From positions 198,400,001 to 198,464,000 of the forward strand of contig JBITNC010000001.1 in assembly GCA_050084985.1 (NCBI GenBank): 64,000 bases of DNA, read 5' to 3'. The number at the start of each line of letters is the position of its first letter. Positions within the stretch are counted from its first letter, which is position 1. A model generated the notes under the pieces. It ran no database searches, was not told the DNA's origin, and was given only the letters and a program-made list of their open reading frames with translations. Positions 53,601 to 64,000 of this stretch are shown piece after piece. This stretch comes from Nageia nagi. Taxonomy: Eukaryota; Plantae; Pinophyta. The position numbers and the translations under genes were made by a program.

Positions 53601-55147
53601 AGGCATCAAATACCTAAAGGTGATCGAAGATTCAGAACTGGTGGTGAAGTAGATTTGAAATATATACTCCTGTAAGGATCTGAGCCTAAATTGATATTGG
53701 ATTCGAGTATGGGATCTCCTGAAAGATCTTGAATCTTTCGAGATCAAAGCTATCTCACGAAGAAAGAATTCAATGGCCGATTCATTAGCCTTCGTTGCAA
53801 GCACACTCCAACCCTTGGAGAACACTTGGCTACAGAGATTTACTGTGGAGATTGTCCCAGTGCCTTCAATTCTAGATAATATTGCAAATATTCAAGTTTT
53901 CCAAGATAAATGGCAAATTCATGACTTTGTCTAATTTTGGAGTGTTTGCTTCCCAAGTTACTCAAGAAGATTCATCCGAATCTGAAGAAGAGAATACCAA
54001 AGTCTTGATTGAAGAGAAGCTGTATGATGGAGTCATCCAGTTTAAGACGAACAAGATCCCAAGAGGAATTGTTGCTATGAAGCACCTGTTTGATCATCAC
54101 ATGATCCGAAACCAAGTTGTTGCTTGGATTGATGCTGAAGATATTGAGGTAGTCAACTTGGGTACAGAGTCTGAACCCAAAAACATCCTCTTTGGTAAGT
54201 CCTGTATTGATGCTAAAAGAGAGAAAATCATTCAATTTATATAGGAGTTCATTAACATCTTTGCATGGAAGTATGAGCATCTTAAGACTTATGATCCTTA
54301 TATCATTACTCATACTATTCCCCTTAAGCCAAATGCAAAGCCTTTCAAATAGAAGCAAAGGTTGGTTAACCCCTTCCTGGAGCCTTTGATTCTTCAAGAA
54401 GTTCAGAAGTTGGATGAGTCCAAGATTTTTTTTCATTGAGACATAAGGGTATGTATTGATTTCAGACATCTCAACCAAGCTTCGAAAAAGGAAAATTATC
54501 CTTTACCCTTCCTAGATGAAGTCTTACATATTGTAAATAGTTCACAAATGATGTCCTTTTTGGACGGTTATTCAGGTTACAATCAAATTTTCGTTTATGA
54601 AAGGGATAGATTGAAGACAGCTTTCACCACGAAATGGGGAACATTTGAATACAGTCGAATGCCTTTTAGTTTCATAAATGTTGGTGCTACATTTAAAAGA
54701 GCGGTGAATTTTGCCTTCCAAGGTCTGATCGCGAAATCCATTGTGATATACATGGATGATTTAATAGTGTTTTCAAAAGATAGATCTTCTCACGCAAAGG
54801 ATTTGAGGAAAGTTTTTTAAAGATGTAGAAAATTTGGAATTTCCTTAAATCCCAAGAAGTGTATTTTTGGCACTTCCAAAGGGAGATTGTTGGATCATAT
54901 TATTTCTAAGAAAGGGATCTCTATCAATCTTGAGAGGGTAAATGCCATTCAGAAGATTACATATCACTCAAATGTTAAGGAGTTGAGATCATTCATGGGC
55001 CGAATCAACTTCGTTCGCAAGTTCATATCGGGCTTTGCAGAGATTGCCAAACCCATCAATGATATGTTGAAAAAAGATGCTAAGATCATGTGGAACGAAG
55101 AAGCACACAAAGTTTTTCAAGATATCAAAAATGCCATTTCCAGTGCT
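50608..55147 (+). pseudogene. Tat-lineage Ty3/gypsy gag-pol (GAG-PR-aRH-RT), cut after the RT core by chromovirus B
   Basis: Gag HEDVACRLF...SITSWDQL...FNTRFQKVY; protease CMVDSGAAGNVM and YGILLSRDW; additional RNase H *VLKFNES...SFRLQFTCT...YEALVLGL...DSELVV (53428-~53830); RT CIDFRHLN, SFLDGYSGYNQI and IYMDDL. Confidence 0.93.
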
Positions 55148-56367
55148 TGTGATGATCCAAAATGAACCTCCACTCAAAAACACACAATCACAATCCCCAA
55201 ACCTTGACATCAAGCCTAGGGCATTCACAATACACGATCAAACCCTCAAGAGTGCAACATTACGGTTAGAACTTCAATAATACACAACAATGCGATGATG
55301 CCAATGTCTAGCTTAAGCATCTATTATCTAATTAATAAATTATGACAATACCATCGCATGATAAGTACAAGCATGAATAACCACAATGACCCAACACATG
55401 CATAAGATAAGTCAATACAACACAATGTGAGATCCAAGAACCCTTGGTAAGTATATTCACAATATGAGGCAGTACAAAATCATATGAACCCTCTAGGGCA
55501 GTCATGGGCTTCTCAAGAGCCAAGCTGAACACAATGATGACAATCTTATATCACTTCGAAACCATAGGAAAAATATATCCCCTCAGATATCAATTCCTCT
55601 CCACTGAAGGAGCTCTCCTCAATCTCTAGTCAATCGACTGAATGGTAGGAATAAACCCTCGAGTACCATCGGATGGGCAAAGGTGCTCCACCAATGTCAT
55701 AGATAATCTAGGTTCCAATGCTTGACTACCCTCTAGACGCTCTGCATAGGAATGGAATGCTTAACACCGCTAAGTCTTGTGGTCCAATGGACTAGTAAGA
55801 GTAATAATAATCAATTGTATCCAGTAATGAGCCTCTTGTGTTTATTTATACATTATCATGTCAAGAACTGTCTAGGAATCACCATCCAGCTCCTCCTATT
55901 CCAACGTTGGCTTCCTAGGGGCCCAAAATGCCCAACATGGGTGTCTAATGGCTAGACATGCCAATGTAGGATCCTAGGGAGTGTTAAATGCCAACGACTT
56001 GGTCAAGGGGTGCCACACATGCCTATTAGGTGAAAGGGGATTGACATGGGGTCTAGAAGCATAGTTGGGCCAATGTAGGGGTGTGGGATCCTCCCAAAGC
56101 ATGGAGCATGCACACAAGTGCCTATCTAACACATACATATGTCTTGGGATTCCCACAATCATCATCGGGATCTCCAAGCATGATAAATACTCCTAATCTA
56201 TCCTTAGGAGGGAGATGCTCGATTTGGGGCTCATAATGGGGTCCATTGACCCATTAAGTCTCTTATCCTAAGTTACGACATAAAAAGCAATGCATAAGAA
56301 GAGTATATTACAAATACATCCTTACAGATCATACAATTAATGACTGGAGGACAAGGGGGACATCACA
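55148..56367 (-). repeat. 3' LTR of chromovirus B (1220 bp)
   Basis: Inverted termini TGTGATG...CATCACA. PPT (plus-strand CCTCCCCTCTC) at ~56371-56381. Confidence 0.9.
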
Positions 56368-56369
56368 AA

Positions 56370-59300
56370 GCCTCCCCTCTCGAGATTGCTTGCCCTCAAG
56401 CAACTCAATGATGGATGTGTGAGTATATATTCTCCTTCACATATTGAGTCTTCATCTGGTAGGTCCTTCCATTTGATGAGGTACTCTTGAATCTATCTAG
56501 ATCTCAACTTCTTGACTCTAATCTCTAGCACCCTCTCCAGACTCAGAACCACCCATCCCTCATCATTAAGTGGGGGGAGGACAGTATATGAAATGTCATG
56601 CTGCCCCACGGTCTTCTTTAGGAGTGAGACATGGAAGGTGTTATGTATCCTATTCCCCTCTAGCAACTCCAACTCGTAAGCAGCATCTCCCACTCTGCAC
56701 AAGACCTTGTATGGGCTGAAGAACCTTGGTTGCAACTTCTCTACCTTTCACTTCTTGAGTGATGATTGTCGGAATGGTTGCGGCAACAAATACACCATAT
56801 CTCCCACCTCGAAGCTCCTCTTTGTCCTATGTTGGTCATAGTACTTCTGCCGATTCTGGGCCTGGGCCATTTGCAAGTTCTCATTCAACAGCCTCATAAT
56901 GTCCTGGTACTCGTGCAAGAGATTGTTTGCCTTGGGTGCCCTTCCTTCATCAAAAATTAGATCTTTGAAGTTGGGAGCGTCATAACCATATAAAGCTCAG
57001 AAAGGAGACATCTTAATGGACATATGATGAGTAGTGTTATAGCAATACTCTCCAACGTGGAGCCACTTGACCCATGTTTGCTGCTGACCTGTCACATAGT
57101 GCCTCAAATAACCCTCTACCCATTTGTTGACGATCTTCATCTGTCCATTAGTTTGCCGGCGGTAGTTGGTGTTGGGGGTGAGATCCGTCCCACTCAACTG
57201 GAACAATGCCTGCCAGAACAAACTCAAAAACTTGTTGTCCCGATAACTCACTATCTTCTTTGGCAACCCGTGCAACTTGAAGACCTCCCTGAAGAATAGA
57301 TCAACTATTTGTGCAACCATGTGGGTGGTGGTGATGGCAAGGATATGGGCAAACTTGGTGAGCCTATCCACCACTACTAAGATGTCGTCCTTGCTTTGGG
57401 CCTTAGGTAGGCCGTTGAAGTTTATGGAGATGTCCTCCCATTTTTGCTGAGGAATGGGCAATGGCTGAAGTAATCTTCTAGGCTTCGTATGCTCCTCTTT
57501 ATTCTTCTAGCATTGTGTACACTCCTAGATGTGCCTCAAGACGTCTTGCTTAAGCCCCTTCCAGGTGACCTGTCTCTCACATCCTAATAGGTCTTCATGA
57601 TGTCGAGGTGTCCTGTGAGGGGGATATTGTGGAGTGCATGCAACACCTTCTTCTTAACCTCAGACGTTGGGGATAAGAAAACCCGATTCCTTTTCAAGAT
57701 CAACCCCTCTCTAACTACATACCTCTTGTTCTTCACCATCCCATTAAGAATACCGAAAGCAAACTCATCTTGAGCATATTCATCCATGACGTCCTTCTTC
57801 CACTTAGTCGCAATGGAGGAGAGAGAGTAAAAAGAGGGATTTCTAGATAGTGTATCAATTGCTGTGCTCTTTCATTTGACATATTGGATTTGAAAATCAA
57901 ACGATTGAAGCTTGCTTACCCATATTTGTTGCTTCTCACTCAAGTCCGTCTGGTTGAGGAATTACTTCAAGCTATTGTGGTCACTTCGAATGATGAAGGG
58001 CCCACAAACAAAGTATTGCTTGAACCTCTCTAGTGCATGCCTAACAACCAACATCTCCTTGTCATAAACGTTGAAACTCTGCTATGCACTTAACAGCTTC
58101 CGGCTCTCAAATGCAATCGGCTACCCATTCTGCATCAACACAGCTCCAACATGCAACTTGGAGGCATCACACTCCACGGTGAAGGGGGCTGAGAAATCTG
58201 GTATGGCCGAATAGGGGCAACTACACATGACTATCTTGAGTCTCTCAAAGGCTTTCTGAGCCTCACTTCCCCAAACGAATACATCCTTCCTAGTGAGATG
58301 TGTGAGGGGGGCAGCTAGGTGAGAGAAACCACGAATGAACTATCTATAGTAGTTGCACAGCCCTAAGAACCCTCTCAGTTGTGTGAGGGATGTGGGGGTT
58401 GGCAATTCCTGACTGGTTGATATCTTCTGCTCATCTACCCTGACTCCCTCATGGCTGATGACATGCCCTAAATACAGTATATTTGTCATGCCAAACTCAA
58501 ACTTAGACAATTTGGCATAGAACTTCTGCTTTTGTAGTACCTTCAAGACATGATCCAGATGTCTAACGTGTTCCTCCCATGTCCTATTGTATATCAAGAT
58601 GTCGTTGAAGAACACCAACACAAACTTTCGCAACTGACCTCTTAAGACCTGATTCATGGCCGATTGGAATGTAGCTAGTGTGTTGGTCAATCAGAATGGA
58701 ATCATCGAGAATTCAAAATGACCATAATGACACCAGAAGGCTATCTTGTGGATGTCCTCCTCCTCCATCCTAATTTGATGATAACCGGACTTCAAATCAA
58801 TCTTGGAGAAGTACTTCGCTCCATGCAACTCATCAACAAGGTCATTCATCCTCGGGATCGGATATCTGTTTTTAATGGTCTTATTATTGAGAAACCTATA
58901 GTCTATGCACATCCTTATTGTCCCATCCTTCTTCTTCACCAACACCACAAAAGAAGCAAATGGGTTGGAACTCAACCGAATGAATCCCATATCTAGCAAC
59001 TCCTTAATTGTCTTCTCTATCTCATCCTTGTACACCTTCGAATGCTTATAGGGAGTGACCATGATTGGTTTGGCACCTACTTCCAACTCCACCATATGCT
59101 CAAACCCTCTTTACGGTGGCAAATCCTTGGGTATATCCCCAAAAACATCTGAATACCGATCCAAGATGCATTGGATCTCAAACGGATGCTCCTTGGCCTC
59201 CCTAGTGTGCAACATGGGGCCTCCTTTGGCTAGGGTGAAGATGCAGGCCCATTCTCTGTCCTTCTAAATTATGGTGTCCATCTTCCTAGCTGATACCACC
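56370..59300 (-). pseudogene. Ty3/gypsy chromovirus B pol (RT-RH-INT-chromodomain), 5' part missing
   Basis: RT MCIDYRFLN...FSKIDLKSGYHQIR...VFFNDILIY; RH VECDAS and YDKEML; INT VVVDRLTKFAH; chromodomain EYLIKWKDLPDEDS. Closely similar to chromovirus A (both carry YKDEIEKTIK). Confidence 0.95.
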
Positions 59301-59599
59301 TTAGTGATGGCCTCTAATCTGCCACTAATAGCACTGGATTGAAGCATTAGCTTCCTCTCAGTCATCTTCTTTTGATCCAAGGCGGTATCTCCTCAAATCC
59401 CTCCTGGTTCAGACTTTGGGGTTTGGGTTGGCTCCATTCCTCCAACGTTGGCCTTTGCCAAGCAACCACTCGTTATCCCAACAGGTCTGGTACATATGAA
59501 AAGTGACATCTCTCTAGAATTCTTTGGCGACACCGTGGTAGATCCGAAGAAAGATCTCAATCCTCGATGGTGTCTTATGCGACGACACAAATTTGGTTT

Positions 59600-61270
59600 G
59601 CCACACCTCCCCTTTCTTCTTGCTCATCCTCTTTGCAGGTCGTTCTCCCAAGAATTCTCTCTCCATTTTTCATTATTATTATTTTCATCTATGCACTCCA
59701 CATGTGCATCTTCAACTCTTGGAACAATCAAGCACTCTTCTACATCATCTTTGCCTCTACATGAAGCAAATCCTCTCTTGCCACCTCTTCCGTGGGCAGC
59801 ATACACACCTCTTTGGAGGTTCTTCTCATAGACATTGCAAGTCTCTTCCTGCAAATAAACATATTCAGAGGGCTGCAAACAAAAAACTTCACAAGACAAG
59901 GGCTCATCTTCCTTGCCCACAAAGTCATCATTCACAAACTCATAATCTTGTAGATTGCTATTCATCTCATTACAATCTAACTTACAATTCTCATCCTCAA
60001 AACTAGCATTCAATTCTCTCCAAACATCAAATGTTGTTATGCAATTTTTAATCAAATGTTATACCTCTTCAATTCCATGAGTGCTTTGCAATTTTGGTGT
60101 TGTTCCTCTTTCCTTCTTATTCTTTCTTCACCTTCAATGCTACTCCAATATGTTGGTTCTGCATATCCAACCTCTACAATATCCCAAAGATCCAAACATT
60201 GCAAATAAGTTTTCATCTTCACCTTCCAAATCTGGAATTCCTCTCCATCAAACATTGGTACTAGCAAGAAATTAGTATTGATAGCTATTACACTAGAGCA
60301 AATAAAGAAACCCAAATAGAAATCAACCATGAAAATATTTTTTACAAACTATTCTCAAGATCCCCACAAGTTTACTCTAATTTCTTCCATCTACCAAGCT
60401 TCTTCAAACCCATTAAATCATACCAACTCTGATACCAAATGTAGTTTTTAAAGAGTTTCAATAAAACTCAACATTCATATTTCCAAGTACAGATTCACAT
60501 TCCCAAATCTATATTCTTGCAAAACACCATTAAACAACATTAACATTTACAAATTTGAGATAAGAACATATATTGGAACTGAAATCATATCTTTATTAAG
60601 ACTTCAATGGTGATTGACATTCTATCAAACACTTTACATGCAAACTACAGTGTCAAAATTGTGGATTTCATAGATCCATACTCCAACATGCCTCAATCTA
60701 CCTAAAACTTGAAGGATTACATGTATTTATACTATGCCAAGGTTTGGAATGACGTCAGACATTATTACAACCATAAAGCAATTGAAAACAACTAAAAACT
60801 GACCTCAGACATTATTACAACCATAAAGCAATTGAAAACAACTAAAAACTAACTTTGGAAGTCGCCAATAACTCTCAAAATTGTCACAAGTGCAATGCCA
60901 GGGCGTTTCTGAAACGCAACCATGTTTCTAAAAATGGTCATGTTTATTTATGATGAAATGCATAGGGTCAAGGCATTTCTAGGTAGATAAGGATAGTTCA
61001 CCAGAAAACGGCCATAATGGTGGTCAATCCTTAAGAAAAGATAGGCATGTCTATACTCGTTGGAAAGGTCTTTTCGAACACTATCTAATACAAAAAGAAT
61101 CAACTCAATTGGATGTATCTATAAAAGTTATAGCTCCTGAAAGTTGACTGATCTGTTTGAACTAGTCCATTTGGCATTGAATTGGAAATGCAAGTTTATA
61201 ATTTGGTCTTCAATTGAGCTCAAATTCCAACATACGGTACGGAAACCGTGTTCTCCATGCATCTGAAGAT
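59600..61270 (-). mobile_element. 5' end of a Ty1/copia element: LTR (~60440-61270), Met PBS (60427-60437) and gag N-terminus
   Basis: ORF 60052-60330 FDGEEFQIWKVKMKTYLQCLDLWDIVEVGY is a copia gag N-terminus. Plus-strand CTCTGATACCA is followed after AA by TGT. A ~50 bp tandem duplication lies at ~60756-60850 in the LTR. Confidence 0.8.
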
Positions 61271-61275
61271 CGTAA

Positions 61276-61634
61276 CTCTCTAGTTCATGAAGGAATACAT
61301 TGGAACCGATGATGTAGTTGACACAAGGTTGGCGAATTTGCTCCAATTAGAAGAGAAAAGCGAACAAGCTTTCCAAAGCATGACCCATCATCAGCAAATC
61401 ACTAAGAGATGGTTTGACAAAACTGCTCGGGTGAAGAGTTTCAAACAAGACGATCTCGTCTTGATGTGGGATAAGGCACATGAAGATAAAGAGAAATATG
61501 ATAAGTTATGGTCAGGGTCGTTTCTCATTGAAGATCTTGTAGGCCCGAACTCTTTCAAGCTGAGGTAGCTTATGGGTGAGGTATTGCCATTGCTTGTAAA
61601 TAGTAAACACCTCAAGCATTATTTTCAAGCTTGA
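61276..61634 (+). pseudogene. C-terminus of the Tat integrase
   Basis: RLANLLQLEE...KRWFDK...FKQDDLVL...WSGSFLI...VNSKHLKHY, a GPY/F-region pattern. Confidence 0.85.
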
Positions 61635-61750
61635 AAGACATTTGCATCACCTTGTACATAGTTTTGTTGTGTCTGCATCATGTCTATTGCATCATGTTCT
61701 TCCTAGTGTTTGTTCTTGTGTTAGTGTTTGTGTTGTTTGTTTTTAGCTAT

Positions 61751-64000
61751 TGTTGTGCTTGCACAAATTTGCATCATCATAATAAAAACAAGTCAAAATT
61801 CATCATTTTACCTATGGTGCATGTTTTGAGGGACATGCTTTTGCATGTGCCCTCCTTTATCTTGCTCATTTTCAATCAAGTCTTACATTTTCAGCTTTAA
61901 ACTGCATCATTCATGCCCATCTCACTTGGCATTTTTGTGAAAATTGCGTCCCCTCCATTGCATCCCATTAACGAGGGTCATTTTGAAGGAAAAATTGCAT
62001 TTTTGTGCCTAAGCGCATGCATGCACCCAAATAGGTGCGCCTCGGGCAGATGAGATATTTCAACACTTAGAAAATTTTGTAGAAAACTATCAAAACGACT
62101 TGAGTGCATGGTTTTTGGCACATGCTTTTGCATGTACCTAAAATGGTGCACCCTCAAAAGAAACAACATTTTCAGAGAAAATTGGTGAAATCGACTGAGT
62201 GCAAGGATTGGAGGACATGCTTTTGCATGCACCCCAATAGGTGCGCCCAATTTCAGAAGCAAGTTTTGGCTGTGTTGATTCTAGACGTCTACTATGAAGG
62301 AGATAGGTGTGTTCATATGAATTAGACCTTTACTCGCACCAATCATTGCATGACACCTATCCACTCAAGCAAGTCTATAAAAGGAAGGTTAGCTCCAACA
62401 TTCAGTTAGTTTGGTAAAATTTGCAGCATTGTGCAGTGCTAAGTTCAGAAAGCATGTCCCCTAAAAGATGCGCCCTATTTTGGACAATGATTTTCAAGGT
62501 CATTTTCATTAAATATCAATTTGTTGCATTGGAAAGTGCACCACAGGATTGTGCGCATGGTGTTTAGAGCATGCTTAGGCACTCATCCAAAACGGTGCAC
62601 CAACTTCCAAAAGTCCTAGCCCAGGAGCATTTTTTTTTTACTAAGTATAGAATCTTGTGAAGAGGCCTAGGTGCATGTTTTCTGGCACATGCTTTTCCAC
62701 TCCTCTAAATTGGTGCACCCAAAATCTTGGAGCATTTTAAGTTAAGTATTTTGAGGTGCCTACTTGAGTAGGCGCAAGGATTCTGGGACATTGTTTAACA
62801 CCCCTCCCAAAAGGTGCGACCAAGTTGCAAGAGTCTCAAGTCTAATGAAAATTGGCTAGGTCCTTTTGTGCATCAAGTTAGTTGGCGCATGCATTCCGGG
62901 ACATGCCTTTATATGTACTATAATCTGTGCGCCCATCATTCTAGCTCCATCGTTTGACCTCCTTTCGAGCCAACCAAGAGGTGACACATGGGATGTTGAA
63001 GGCTATATATATCAAGTCACCCCTTTCATCATTCTATCACTTCATTTCATTTTGGACCAAGTCTCCCAGTCGCACCATATTTTGAGGTGCCTATCTAGGT
63101 AGGCGCAAGGATTCTGGGACATGCTTTTGCACCCCTCCCAAAAGGTGTGACCAAGTTGCAAGAGCTTTCAGGTGTAATGAAGATTGGCTAAGTCCTTTTG
63201 TGCATCAAGTTGGTTGGCGCATGCAGTCCAAGACATGCCTTCGCACATACTATAATCCATGCGCCCATCATTCTGGCTCTGTCATTTGACCTCATCTCGA
63301 GCCAACCAAGAGGTGACACATGGCATGTTTGAATGCTATATATATCAAGTCACCCCTTGCATCATTTTATCACTTCATTTCATTATGGACCAAGTCTCCC
63401 AATCGCACCATTTTTGGAACATTGTTAAGGACTCATCTAAATTGGTGCACCCAAGAGAAATAAGGATTTGAGAAGGTGCCTGTGCTACTAGCAGCCATTT
63501 TTGAAAGGGTGAGCTGGATCTTAGGGTACATTTTCTATAGTTCACTTTGCATCTTTTTGATAAAGCTTACCCTAAATTGACCTATGCACATGCTATCTCA
63601 CTAGTGCTTCAAGGACTCATCCGAAACGGTGCGGCCAAGTGCAAATCCAGGAATTTGGCTAAGTATACATGATTATCAGGTGCATTCATTCTCTTTTCCA
63701 TTGTGCATGAAAATTTGACGCACATGCTTTGTGGAACATGAAAAAGCACGTGCTCAAGTCCTTGCACCATAGCATGATGATCCATAATTTAAAAGATTAA
63801 ATTTTAACTTTAATCCTTCCTAAGGATCAATTCATACTTAATTAAATTAAATGCTTGCTACTAGAAGATTTAGAGAATTAGAAATGGAACCATGTGCAAA
63901 CCAAAGAAGAACAAAATTCACACCACACAAAGACAATACAATTACCCTGGTTCACCCGATGTGGGCTACATCTAGCAACAAAAGCTCTCGTCAATCAGTA
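61751..64000 (+). repeat. 3' LTR of the Tat element, running off the window end
   Basis: High-identity collinear copy of 42259-~44330, with a ~105 bp deletion near its start between ACAAATTTGCAT repeats and an extra ~330 bp unit. Confidence 0.85.

Overview
AT-rich, CpG-depleted plant nuclear DNA, probably from a gymnosperm (inferred from the element types). It is made almost entirely of decayed, nested LTR retrotransposons. From left to right: the 3' end of an LTR (1-1975) inserted into a minus-strand Tat/Ogre-like gag-protease (1976-~5650); a Ty1/copia element (7071-~14900); an inverted relative of the first LTR preceded by a large degenerate accessory ORF (14947-~20815); a second copia pol fragment (~21170-23431); a PLS-type PPR pseudogene fragment (~25765-26360); a complete 3.1 kb gag-only non-autonomous copia with GAATC target-site duplications (29816-32932); and a probable terminal exon of a minus-strand host gene (34544-34664). 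From ~36.3 kb onward is a deep nest: copia RT/RH, then chromovirus A, then a Tat element with PR-aRH-RT order, then chromovirus B plus a copia 5' end. The most notable feature is that the Tat element appears to have a ~7.9 kb LTR containing a single-frame ~1,190-codon ORF of unknown function. A diverged homologue of that ORF occurs in a different element family in the same window, again just upstream of LTR R/U5 sequence. No intact retrotransposon ORF, RNA gene or CRISPR array is visible. All alignments and translations outside the ORF track were done by eye.
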